Shown here piece after piece: positions 25,056 through 33,645 of a DNA stretch of 35,270 nt. How positions within the stretch are numbered: the stretch's first letter is position 1; every line of letters starts with the position of its first letter. Source of the stretch: an uncultured Bifidobacteriaceae bacterium (GTDB taxonomy: Bacteria; Actinomycetota; Acidimicrobiia; IMCC26256; PALSA-555); contig CAZCYE010000004.1 of NCBI GenBank assembly GCA_964502775.1, positions 1-35,270 of the forward strand. Reading direction: 5' to 3'. The notes below the pieces were generated by a model. That model had not been told where the DNA came from and did not search any database. It saw only the letters and a program-made list of their open reading frames with translations. The translations under genes were made by a program, and so were the position numbers.

Positions 25056-27410
25056 TCACCCGTGGGTTCCGGCGCCGAGCGTGTACACCGGATTGACGAT
25101 CGCCAGTCGCCCATGATGCTCGCCGGCGATCCCTTCGACGGTCATGCGGGTGCCGATCTCGATGCCGGCGATCGCATGGCGACCGAGGAACACCACCGTG
25201 ATCCCGCCGGTCTCGTCAGCCAGCGTGCACTCGAGCGAGCCGACACCGGCGACGGGTTGGACGCGCACCGCGTTCACTCGTCCGGTCACCTTGACCCGTT
25301 GCCGCCAGCGGACGTCGGCGATCGCGACGCGGCCGGCGAGCGTCTTGGTGCGGACGGCGGTCGTGCCGGCCGCGGGGGGTGAGCCGCCGGGCCGCGCCGG
25401 CGTCCCCCCGTTGGCTCGACGGGGCTCGGGCTCGTGGCCGGTGTCGGGGCCGGGATGACCGTCTTGGCCCAGATGGAACGGGACGGTGGTCACGTTGGCG
25501 TGCGGGATTCTCGAGATGTCGCGGACGAGCGCGTCGGCGGTCTGATCATGGAGCAGTCGACGCCACAGACCGCCGTAGCGTCGTTCGGCGATGACGACGC
25601 ACACCTCGGTTCTGCCGTCGGCAAGGCTCTGGGCCACCGCCGTCATCGCGGAGCGGCTCAGTCGTCGATCGGGGCAGTCGACGAGATCGAGGGGGATGTT
25701 GGCGAGCCCGTGCTCACGCCACATGGTGCCCAGTTCCTCGGCGCGGCCCTGATCGAGCACGAAGTGCACGGCCCGGAGCTCGTCGGGGTGAAGTGAGCGA
25801 CCGAACTGGATCGCTTGGGCCGAGGCTAGGTCGAGACGGTCCACGAGGACGAGGACGGTCAGTCGGCGCATGATCGGGGCGTGGACCGCTGCGGGCACGT
25901 CGACGTCGAGATGACGCGCCTCGCGTTCGTACTGTCGGGCGAGCCGTACGAGGAACACGACCATCACGGGGACGAAGACCACGATCAGCCAGGCACCGTG
26001 CGTGAACTTGGTGATCGCGATGATCACGTCGATGACGAGGGTCAGTACCGCGCCGGTGCCATTGATGAACAGTCCCCGCTTCCAGCCCGGCTCCCGTTCC
26101 CTGAGGTGGTGCGTGGCCATGCCCGCTTGGGAGAGGGTGAACGAGGTGAACACGCCGATCGCATAGAGCGGGATGAGCTTGTCGACCTTGGCCCTGGTCA
26201 CGACCAGCAGGACAATCGACGCGATCGCCAGGAAGAAGATGCCGTTCGAGAAGACGAGACGATGGCCTCGCTTGGTCAGTTGGCGAGGCATGAAGTTGTC
26301 GCCGGCATGGAACGATGCGAGACGGGGGAAGTCGGCGAAGCTCGTGTTCGCGGCGAGCACCAGGATGAGCATGGTGCCGGCCTGGAGCGAGAAGTACAGG
26401 ATGCGCCCGAGCGCGCCCCCGCCGTAGACGAGTTCGCCGACCTGGGAGATCACGGTCGGTGTGCCCTCTTCGAACGGCGCCACATGCATGTGCGCGGCGA
26501 GGGTCGACAAGCCGAGGAACATCGCGCCCAGCAGCGAACCCATGATGACGAGCGTGGTACGGGCGTTTCGCCACGAGGGCTCGCGGAACGCGGGGACGCC
26601 GTTCGAGATGGCCTCGACACCGGTGACGGCGGCGCCGCCGGAGGCGAAGGCGCGCATCACGACGAACAGCGACGCGCCGACCAGCAGCCCGTTCCCCGGG
26701 TTGCCGAAGTCCATCATGCCTTCGACGTCGTGAGCGCCTCTCGGGAGCTCGCCCGAGACCAGCTGCAAGATTCCCCAGCCGAGCAGGATCGCCATGTTGA
26801 GAATGAAGAAGTAGGTGGGAAGGGCGAAGAGCCGCCCCGACTCGCGCACCCCGCGTAGGTTCCCGTACGCGATCAGGATCACGAAGCCAATCGAGATGGG
26901 CACGACGTAGGGCGCGAGCCCCGAGAACGCGGAGGCAAGCGCCGCGGTTCCCGCGGCCACCGAGACCGCGACGGTCAAGACGTAGTCGGTCAGCAAGGCG
27001 ACGCCCGCGACCTGCGCAGGGAGCAACCCGAAATTGTCACGGGTCACCATGTAGGCGCCGCCCGCCGTCGGGTACGCCTTGATGGTCTGGCGATAGGACA
27101 GGATGAGAAACCCGAGGACGATGAGCAACGCGAAGGTGAGCGGGACGACGAGCGAGAACGCCGCGACCCCGACCGCGGGCACAAGCACCCGTAGGATCTC
27201 CTCGGTCGCGTACGCCGACGACGAGAGGTTGTCCGAGGCGAACACCGCAAGCGCGGTCGGCTTGCCGAGGCGTTCGTGCGCCAGTTCTTCAGTGTCCAAC
27301 GGCGGGCCCAGCACGCGCCGCTTGAAGCGGTACGCGATGGAGTCGGGCGGCAGCTCGCCTGGCGGCTCCACGGGTAGCGGTTCGGGCTCGGTCCCCAGAC
27401 TGGTTGCCAT
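25056..27410 (-). CDS. APC-superfamily permease (KimA/YdaO-like, possible K+ transporter) with a cytoplasmic domain and an extra C-terminal OB-fold domain
   Basis: The N-terminus reads FKRRVLGPPLDTEELAHERLGKPTALAVFASDNLSSSAYATEEILRVL. About 12 TM helices follow, then a soluble domain of about 160 aa, then a Pro/Gly linker. The last roughly 96 aa (RVKVTGRVNAVRV...LECTLADETGGITVVFLGR...MTVEGIAGEHHGRLAIVNPVY) resemble a tRNA_anti-like OB fold. Confidence 0.8.
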   Translation of the reverse strand: MATSLGTEPEPLPVEPPGELPPDSIAYRFKRRVLGPPLDTEELAHERLGKPTALAVFASDNLSSSAYATEEILRVLVPAVGVAAFSLVVPLTFALLIVLGFLILSYRQTIKAYPTAGGAYMVTRDNFGLLPAQVAGVALLTDYVLTVAVSVAAGTAALASAFSGLAPYVVPISIGFVILIAYGNLRGVRESGRLFALPTYFFILNMAILLGWGILQLVSGELPRGAHDVEGMMDFGNPGNGLLVGASLFVVMRAFASGGAAVTGVEAISNGVPAFREPSWRNARTTLVIMGSLLGAMFLGLSTLAAHMHVAPFEEGTPTVISQVGELVYGGGALGRILYFSLQAGTMLILVLAANTSFADFPRLASFHAGDNFMPRQLTKRGHRLVFSNGIFFLAIASIVLLVVTRAKVDKLIPLYAIGVFTSFTLSQAGMATHHLREREPGWKRGLFINGTGAVLTLVIDVIIAITKFTHGAWLIVVFVPVMVVFLVRLARQYEREARHLDVDVPAAVHAPIMRRLTVLVLVDRLDLASAQAIQFGRSLHPDELRAVHFVLDQGRAEELGTMWREHGLANIPLDLVDCPDRRLSRSAMTAVAQSLADGRTEVCVVIAERRYGGLWRRLLHDQTADALVRDISRIPHANVTTVPFHLGQDGHPGPDTGHEPEPRRANGGTPARPGGSPPAAGTTAVRTKTLAGRVAIADVRWRQRVKVTGRVNAVRVQPVAGVGSLECTLADETGGITVVFLGRHAIAGIEIGTRMTVEGIAGEHHGRLAIVNPVYTLGAGTHG

Positions 27411-27492
27411 CCCTCTGAGTCAACGCCCTTCCCACATCAAGAACCCGTAAAGACGAACCACGCGACCCTCAAACGCTCGTAAAGATGGGGCC
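27411..27492. promoter_or_regulatory. Divergent promoter region containing a CGTAAAGA direct repeat
   Basis: This 82-bp gap is relatively AT-rich and lies between the permease (-) and the kinase (+). CGTAAAGA occurs at 27446-27453 and 27478-27485, 32 nt apart. Confidence 0.35.
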
Positions 27493-28626
27493 GTGCCCAG
27501 GCTCCGCATCCGCGATCCGGCGCCCGTGACCGGAACGGCGCTCGGTCTCGGGCTCGTGATCGTGCTCAGCGCCCTGCTGATTCCCTTCCGCGGCGAAACC
27601 ACGCGCGCCACTCCCGCACTCGTGCTGGTCATCGCGGTGGTCGTTGCCGCACTCGTCGGCGGCCGGATCGCGTCGATCATCACCGCCGTAGTCGCGGCGC
27701 TCGTCTTCAACGCGGCCTTTATTCGGCCCTACTGGACGCTCAACATCGCGATCGTCGACGACGTCGTCGCCTTCGCGGTCTTCACCGGTGTCGGCCTGGC
27801 AGTCGGCACGCTGGTTGCAGTCCAGGCCCAGCGCCGCCGGACCGCGGAACAGCGGGCACGCCAGCTCCTGGAGCTCAACGAACGGCTCGAGGAGGTGCAG
27901 ACCGAGCGTGAACGCCTGGCCGAGGAGGTCACCCGAGTGGCGGTGCTCGAACAGGTCGACGAGCAGCGTGCCGCGCTGCTGCGATCGGTGTCCCATGACC
28001 TGCGCACCCCGCTGTCGGTGATCCAGGCCGTGACGTCAGACTTGCGCGCCGGGACCGGCTACGACGACGCCACCCGAGACGAGCTGCTGGACCTGGTTCT
28101 GGACGAAGCCCAGCGGCTCGACCGCATCGTTGCCAACCTGCTGAGCCTCAGTCGTATCGAGGCTGGCTCCCTACGCCCGGAACGCCAGGCCGTCGTGGTG
28201 GGTGAGCTCGTCATGAGCTGCGCGACCCGGCTCGCGCGCCTGTTCCGCAGAACCCCGGTCAAGGTTGACATCGCTGACGACCTTCCGCTCGTCGATGCCG
28301 ACTACACGCAGCTCGACCAGGTACTGACGAACCTGCTCGAGAATGCGGCCCACCACGCCCCCGCCGGTACCACCATCCTGGTTCGGGCGTACAGCGACGA
28401 CCACATGCTCCGGGTCGTCGTCGCTGACGAGGGACCCGGCGTGCCCAGGCGCGTGGGTGAGCGGATCTTCGAACCCTTCTGGCATGGGGCCGACAGCTCC
28501 TCGAGCGGCATCGGCCTCGCGATCTGCCGCGCCCTGGTCGAAGCCCATGGCGGCACCATCCACGTCGAGTCCCCATCGAGCAACGGCGCCCGGTTCGTGT
28601 TCACGCTCCCCATCCGTCATGACTGA
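27493..28626 (+). CDS. Truncated KdpD-like sensor histidine kinase (DUF4118 membrane domain, HisKA and HATPase, with no N-terminal KdpD/Usp domains)
   Basis: Four TM helices look like DUF4118 (ALVLVIAVVVAALVGGRIASIITAVVAALVFNAAFIRPYWT). A coiled linker follows. H-box SVSHDLRTPLS, N-box LTNLLENAAHHAP, G1 DEGPGVP and G2 GIGLAICRALVEAHGG are all present. It is only 377 aa. Confidence 0.88.
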   Translation: MPRLRIRDPAPVTGTALGLGLVIVLSALLIPFRGETTRATPALVLVIAVVVAALVGGRIASIITAVVAALVFNAAFIRPYWTLNIAIVDDVVAFAVFTGVGLAVGTLVAVQAQRRRTAEQRARQLLELNERLEEVQTERERLAEEVTRVAVLEQVDEQRAALLRSVSHDLRTPLSVIQAVTSDLRAGTGYDDATRDELLDLVLDEAQRLDRIVANLLSLSRIEAGSLRPERQAVVVGELVMSCATRLARLFRRTPVKVDIADDLPLVDADYTQLDQVLTNLLENAAHHAPAGTTILVRAYSDDHMLRVVVADEGPGVPRRVGERIFEPFWHGADSSSSGIGLAICRALVEAHGGTIHVESPSSNGARFVFTLPIRHD

Positions 28627-29317
28627 CAACTCGCCAGTACTCGTCGTCGACGACGAGCCGGCCATCGTGCGCGCGGTGACCGCCGCCCTCGAAGCCCGGG
28701 GCCACCAAGCGGTCACCGCCGGCACCGGCGGCGAGGCGCTCCATGTCGCCGCCACCCAACGGCTGGCGGCCATCATCCTCGACCTCAATCTTCCTGATCT
28801 CGATGGTGTCGAGGTGTGTCGGCGCATCCGGGAGTGGTCCCAGATCCCGATCATCGTTCTCACCGTCGAGGGCTCCGAAGATCGAAAGATTGCGGCGCTC
28901 GACGAGGGCGCTGACGACTACGTCACCAAGCCGTTCTCGACGCCCGAGCTCCTGGCCCGAGTCCGGGTCGCGCTCCGCCACCACGAAGGCCCGACCACCG
29001 CCGAGGTCGCGGTCCTCGAGGTGGGCGACTTGCGGATCGACCTTGCCCACCACAACGTGCACGTCGGCGAGCACAGCGTGGAGCTCACCCCCAAGGAGTT
29101 CGACTTCCTCGCGCTCCTTGCGCGGCATCCCGGCCGCGTGCTCACCCACCGCACCATCCTTCAAGAGGTCTGGGGCCCCCAGTACGGAACCGAGACGCAG
29201 TACCTGCGCGTCTACGCGAGCCAACTGCGCAAGAAGCTCGAGGACGACCCCAGCGCGCCCCGGATCGTCACCGAACCCGGTGTCGGCTACCGGCTCGTCG
29301 ATCCCACATCGGCGTAA
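28619..29317 (+). CDS. kdpE: OmpR-family response regulator, KdpE-like
   Basis: The ATG at 28619 overlaps the kinase stop by 8 nt. Motifs seen: VLVVDDEPAIVRAV, ILDLNLPDLDG, DDYVTKPF, and the winged-helix LTPKEFDFLALLARHPGRVLTHRTILQEVWGPQYGTETQYLRVYASQLRKKLE with GVGYRL. Confidence 0.92.
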   Translation: MTDNSPVLVVDDEPAIVRAVTAALEARGHQAVTAGTGGEALHVAATQRLAAIILDLNLPDLDGVEVCRRIREWSQIPIIVLTVEGSEDRKIAALDEGADDYVTKPFSTPELLARVRVALRHHEGPTTAEVAVLEVGDLRIDLAHHNVHVGEHSVELTPKEFDFLALLARHPGRVLTHRTILQEVWGPQYGTETQYLRVYASQLRKKLEDDPSAPRIVTEPGVGYRLVDPTSA

Positions 29318-29363
29318 CGCCCCCGATACTTGCTCGCGCCGTCGAGGGCAGCGCCGCCGCGCT

Positions 29364-30635
29364 TCACATTCTGAACGCCTTGGCCTGGAACTCGAGGCTG
29401 TAAGCGCCGCCATCCTCGCCCTGGAACTGGAGCTCCCCGCGCACGGCGTCACCCTTCACCGAACCGGTGAGTACGACGTTCGGGACATCCTGGTCGTTCT
29501 CGCCGGTGTAGGGGTGCGTGGCGCACGTGGGACCCGAGAAGTCGCTCTGCTCCGTCGACGCGGTGAACGGCCGCGACTCGAACGTACCGTCGTCGTGCAG
29601 CTCTGCCCTCGGGCGGCGTGGTGTGAGCGTCGCGAAGTAGTCGTAGACGCTCGCGCAGGTGACGGTGTCGTCCTCGCTCACCCATGCGGCGCGGACCACG
29701 AGCTCCAGCACGAAGCGCATCACCCCGTTCTTGTCGATCGTGACGCCGATGCCGTTGCGCGTCGGACTGGTGGCCCCCGGGAAGCTGGATTCGACCAGGG
29801 TCGTGAGGAGGGTACCGGTGAACCGCCCGTGGTAGTTGCCCTTGACGTTGCCACCATCGTCCTGGCTGTCGTCCTGGTCGTTCTCGGCCGGCTCTTCGGC
29901 GCGCGGGGTCACCTTGAACACGTCGACCGGTGCGCCGTTCGGCGCCACGCCAACGATGGCGCCTCCGTAGATGAACGGGCCGCGCAGGCGGAGCAGCCCC
30001 TCGTCGGTGTCGGCGACCTTGGGGTCCAGGAGATCGTCGAGGATGAAGCCGGTGATCTGGCCTACGTCGTAGCCGTTGTTCGCCGCGAGCAGGATCGCGT
30101 TCACGAACAATGCCGCTCCGGGGTCCACCCCCTGGTCCTCGGCCCGCATGAGGATGCGGTTCGGGTCCGCGGTCACCGTCTGGTTCCTGTCCACCACGCT
30201 GGCCTGTTCCTGCTTCGCGTCCTTGCGCAGCTCCCGCGCGTCCTCAGCGGGCAAGAACTCGCCCGCGGCCACGAGCTGGTCGGTCGCCTGGGTCAGCGCG
30301 TCGATGAGGTTGCGGTAGTCGTCCACGGTGAGGCGGGAGTCAGCGCCGGAAGCGTCGCTGGTTACCGGTGCCGCAAGGGTGCCCGCGCCGATGCGGCGCT
30401 CCACCTTCTTCAGGGACACGCCGTCGTCGAGCGCAGCGAGCACGGCGGCCGGCGCGTCGTCACCAAGGTCCTCGACCGCGTCCACGGCCACGTCTTCGAC
30501 TCGCGGTCGCTTGCGCTGCTCGCCCGCGGTCGCGGTGGCCGGTATGAGGACCGGCGTCATCAGCGCTCCAGCGAGCAATGTGACGGTGACCCAACCGGTC
30601 GCCCGCCTCGTCGGTTGCTGGGTCACCTTCACCAT
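29364..30635 (-). CDS. Secreted protein of unknown function
   Basis: There is a signal peptide (…TRRATGWVTVTLLAGALMTPVLIPATATA/GE). The protein has an acidic helical N-terminal half and a beta-rich C-terminal half with two Cys (VTCASVY, GPTCATHPY). GC3 is high on this strand. The start is ATG at 30635 or TTG at 30641. Confidence 0.6.
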   Translation of the reverse strand: MVKVTQQPTRRATGWVTVTLLAGALMTPVLIPATATAGEQRKRPRVEDVAVDAVEDLGDDAPAAVLAALDDGVSLKKVERRIGAGTLAAPVTSDASGADSRLTVDDYRNLIDALTQATDQLVAAGEFLPAEDARELRKDAKQEQASVVDRNQTVTADPNRILMRAEDQGVDPGAALFVNAILLAANNGYDVGQITGFILDDLLDPKVADTDEGLLRLRGPFIYGGAIVGVAPNGAPVDVFKVTPRAEEPAENDQDDSQDDGGNVKGNYHGRFTGTLLTTLVESSFPGATSPTRNGIGVTIDKNGVMRFVLELVVRAAWVSEDDTVTCASVYDYFATLTPRRPRAELHDDGTFESRPFTASTEQSDFSGPTCATHPYTGENDQDVPNVVLTGSVKGDAVRGELQFQGEDGGAYSLEFQAKAFRM

Positions 30636-30691
30636 CGCCAACCCCCCGCCAGCCGGGAGACTAGGTCAGGCTCGCTCGTCCTGCTCGGCGC

Positions 30692-31657
30692 TCAGCCCTG
30701 GTGGTCGATGGTGGGGATCTGCCCCATGCGTCCGGCCTGGAAGTCGTCGAGGGCTTGGATGATCTCCTCGCGGGTGTTCATGAGGAACGGTCCGTAGTGC
30801 GCGATCGGCTCCCGAATCGGGAGCCCACCCAAGAGGAGCACCTCGAGGTTGGGCGAGTCGTCGGTCTGCGCCGGCGCGGCGCCGATGGTCAAGGCCTCTC
30901 CGTCGCCGAAGACGATGAGCTGGTGCTCCGCGACCGGTCGGCGCTCGCGGGCCGCGTAGCCATGCCCGCTCAACACGTAGGCGAGTGCGTTGAATGCAGG
31001 GTGCCACGGAACCTCGAGCTGCGCCCCCGGGCTGATGCTCGCATGCGCGTAGGTGATCGGCGTGTGCGTCGTGCCCGGACCGGCGTGACCACCAAGATCA
31101 CCGGCGATGAGGCGCACGAGCGCGCCCCCGTCCGCCGATGACAGGAGCGTCAGTCGGTCCCCGGTGATCGCCTGATAGCGCGGCGGTGACCACTTCAACG
31201 CCGCGGGCAGGTTGACCCAGAGCTGCACGCCGTGACTCCGGCCCCCGCTGCGGACGAACGCCTCGGTCGGAACCTCGTCGTGGAGGATCCCCGACCCCGC
31301 AGTCATCCACTGGGTGTCACCTTCCCCGATGATCCCGCCGCCGCCGTTGGAGTCGTGGTGCTCGACGACGCCGTCGATGACGTAGGTGACCGTCTCGAAC
31401 CCCCGGTGGGGGTGCCAGGGCGCGCCGACCGGCTCGTTGGGCGCGTACTCGACCGGTCCGAGCTGGTCGAGGAGGAAGAACGGATCCGCGATGTGCGTGT
31501 CGACGCCGCCGGGGAACGGGCGCCAGACCTCGAACCCGGCGCCTTCGATCGCGTGGTGCGCGGGCACGACCTGTGCCACTGGGCGTGCCGTCGCCTCGGG
31601 CGCGGGTACTTCCAGTCGGGGGAGCACGAGCGGGTTCTCAACCGAGACTGCGGGCAT
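30692..31657 (-). CDS. Pirin family bicupin protein
   Basis: Motifs seen: FEVWRPFP, PFFLLDQLGP, PWHPHRGFETVTYVIDGVVEHHDS and QWMTAGSGILHDE. There is a GAGGTGA RBS before the ATG. Confidence 0.92.
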   Translation of the reverse strand: MPAVSVENPLVLPRLEVPAPEATARPVAQVVPAHHAIEGAGFEVWRPFPGGVDTHIADPFFLLDQLGPVEYAPNEPVGAPWHPHRGFETVTYVIDGVVEHHDSNGGGGIIGEGDTQWMTAGSGILHDEVPTEAFVRSGGRSHGVQLWVNLPAALKWSPPRYQAITGDRLTLLSSADGGALVRLIAGDLGGHAGPGTTHTPITYAHASISPGAQLEVPWHPAFNALAYVLSGHGYAARERRPVAEHQLIVFGDGEALTIGAAPAQTDDSPNLEVLLLGGLPIREPIAHYGPFLMNTREEIIQALDDFQAGRMGQIPTIDHQG

Positions 31658-32006
31658 CGTTCACCTCGAACTCATTGGCCCAACCGATGGTGATTCGCCG
31701 GCGACCGGCGCCTGGGCCAACGCAGCCGAACTGTCTGTCATTCCCGCACGGCCCGACTGTTGGCGCCCGCCGCGAGAACTCGCCATCATGAAGCACGATA
31801 CCGGTACGGCGCACGGGAGGGCTCCCGACGGGAGGCGTGGCGGTCGCGGGTCACCAACGTTGTCACCAGTGGAAGCCGGATCAGCGAGTCTCGGCGGAAG
31901 TGATGGTCTCGACGGAAAGGTTCGCACTGGTTTGCGATGACGTTCGGCCGGTGCAACGGTCATTCCCGGTACAGGCCCCGAAGACGTCGACCACAGGAGC
32001 AGTGTC

Positions 32007-32480
32007 ATGCCTCGGATCACTCCCAACCTCTGGTTCGACACCGAGAGCAAGGAGGCCGCCGAGTTCTACGTCTCGGTGTTCCCGAACTCGGAGATCACGA
32101 CCGTCTCCTACTACGGCGAGGCTGGTCCGCGCCCGGCCGGCACCGTGTTGACCGTCGACTTCGTGCTCGACGGCCAGCGGTTCACCGCGATCAACGGCGG
32201 GCCCCAGTTCACCTTCGACGAGGCGATCTCGCTGCTGATCAACTGCGCCGACCAGGACGAGGTCGACTACTACTGGGCCAAGCTCACCGAGGGTGGTGAG
32301 GAGAGCCAGTGCGGATGGCTGAAGGACCGGTACGGCTTGTCCTGGCAGGTCGTTCCGGCCGGTATGGAGGAGCTGATGACCGATCCGGACCCGGGACGCG
32401 CTCAACGAGCCATGAAGGCGATGCTCGGGATGAAGAAGCTCGACGTGGCCGCGCTCTATGCGGCCGCCGACCAGGCCTAA
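32007..32480 (+). CDS. VOC/glyoxalase-superfamily protein of the PhnB/3-demethylubiquinone-9 3-methyltransferase-domain type
   Basis: The N-terminus ITPNLWFDTESKEAAEFYVSVFPNS is typical of the family. FTAINGGPQFTFDEAISL, DYYWAKL, QCGWLKDRYGLSWQVVP and AMLGMKKLD are also present. A CAGGAG RBS precedes the start. Confidence 0.85.
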   Translation: MPRITPNLWFDTESKEAAEFYVSVFPNSEITTVSYYGEAGPRPAGTVLTVDFVLDGQRFTAINGGPQFTFDEAISLLINCADQDEVDYYWAKLTEGGEESQCGWLKDRYGLSWQVVPAGMEELMTDPDPGRAQRAMKAMLGMKKLDVAALYAAADQA

Positions 32481-32484
32481 CGGC

Positions 32485-33477
32485 TCATCGCCGGGCGTCA
32501 CGCGCCCGGGTCACGTCCAATCGGCGCAGGGTGAGCCGGTCGGGTGTCGGCCAGCGAACCTTCGTCGCCCAACCCAGTCGTTCGAACATGCGGATGACCG
32601 CCGCCGAGCTATCGACCTGGTACCGGTCCACGCCGTGGCGCGCCAGCCTCGGGAAGGCGTGGTGCGCGTTGTGCCACGACTCTCCCATCGACAACAGCGC
32701 GAGCGAGGCGACGTTCCGACTCCTGTCCTGGCTTCGGTAGGGGTGCGTGCCGAACGTGTGACACAAGGAATTGATCGCCCAAGACATGTGGTGGAAGAGA
32801 CCAACGCGCAGCACACCCGCCCACAGGAACGCCGCGACACCGGCGCCAAAGCTCCCGGTGATCCCGTAGCCGATCGCGAACGGCAACACCATCGTCGCCG
32901 CGCTCAAGGGGACGAAGAGCCGATCGATGACGACCAGATCACGGTCGGCGAGCAGGTCCGGCGCGAACTTCTCGCGGTTCGTGCTCGCGTGCTCGAAGAA
33001 CCAGCCGATGTGGGCGTGGGCCACGCCGCGCAGCCGCGCGAATGGCTGGCCCTTCGGGCGGACCGGCGAATGAGGGTCACCCTCGCGGTCACTGAACCGG
33101 TGGTGGCGGCGATGGTCGGCCACCCAGCCGATCACCGAGCCTTGGAACGACATCGAGCCGAGGATCGCCAGCGCGATCTTCAGCGGTCGGTTGGCCTCGA
33201 AGCCGCCGTGGGTGAAGAGACGGTGGTAGCCCACGGTCACGCCGTGCGCGACCACGACATAGAAGATCACTGCCAGGATCACGTTCCGCCACGCGAACGC
33301 GCCGGCGAGCGTCTGGGCGATGACGATTCCCAGTGCTGCGAATGGGGCGCACACGATGAACAGCGACAGCAGCCGCTGCCACCAGGCGCCTTGAGAAGAT
33401 CCTGATCCGTCGGGAGCAGGCGTCCCCGGATCATCTACCGGAAGAGCGGTAACGGTCCGCTCGAGCTCAATCTGCAT
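32485..33477 (-). CDS. Membrane acyl-CoA (stearoyl) delta-9 desaturase, DesA3-like
   Basis: An ATG at 33475-33477 follows GAGGTGGAG. All three His boxes are present: HRLFTH, HRRHHRFSD and HNAHHAFP. The upstream 70 aa of the ORF track cross the palindrome and are not coding-like. Confidence 0.92.
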   Translation of the reverse strand: MQIELERTVTALPVDDPGTPAPDGSGSSQGAWWQRLLSLFIVCAPFAALGIVIAQTLAGAFAWRNVILAVIFYVVVAHGVTVGYHRLFTHGGFEANRPLKIALAILGSMSFQGSVIGWVADHRRHHRFSDREGDPHSPVRPKGQPFARLRGVAHAHIGWFFEHASTNREKFAPDLLADRDLVVIDRLFVPLSAATMVLPFAIGYGITGSFGAGVAAFLWAGVLRVGLFHHMSWAINSLCHTFGTHPYRSQDRSRNVASLALLSMGESWHNAHHAFPRLARHGVDRYQVDSSAAVIRMFERLGWATKVRWPTPDRLTLRRLDVTRARDARR

Positions 33478-33590
33478 CTCCACCTCGCATGGGGCGTCGT
33501 GCGTACACCACCGAGGTCTGGAGCAGTGCAGTTTGATTTGATCCTGCTGCGAACCGTGCAGGTAACCCCAGCATAGCCTCAGGGACACCG

Positions 33591-33645
33591 GCTCGAGTCC
33601 TCGGTAGTGGCTCAGTTTGACTGAGCCACTACCGAGGACTCGAGC
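33591..33645. repeat. Perfect 55-nt palindrome (26-bp arms, 3-nt centre)
   Basis: GCTCGAGTCCTCGGTAGTGGCTCAGT-TTG-ACTGAGCCACTACCGAGGACTCGAGC, with no mismatch. It is flanked by an outer complementary pair, CCCCAGC (33566-33572) and GCTGGGG (33649-33655). It lies between two outward-facing genes. Confidence 0.95.

Noticed and set aside
25881-26858. 325-aa plus-strand ORF (and 25714-26574 on the minus strand) inside the permease gene
   Set aside because: These are antisense or alternate frames of a polytopic transporter. Their highly charged Asp/Glu/Arg/His-rich translations are not coding-like.
28743-30797. 684-aa ORF on the plus strand, the longest ORF in this area
   Set aside because: Its first part is out of frame within kdpE and the rest is antisense to the secreted-protein gene. 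The translation is Arg/Val/His/Gly-rich with no motifs or TM or signal logic, as expected for off-frame reading of high-GC DNA. The minus-strand frame shows high GC3 and a proper signal peptide.
33478-33590. Possible dual-hairpin ANTAR target RNA in the desaturase leader
   Set aside because: I found only one short, weak stem-loop (CTGC/GCAG with a 7-nt loop). There are no paired hexaloop hairpins with the expected loop consensus. This cannot be supported without a covariance-model scan.
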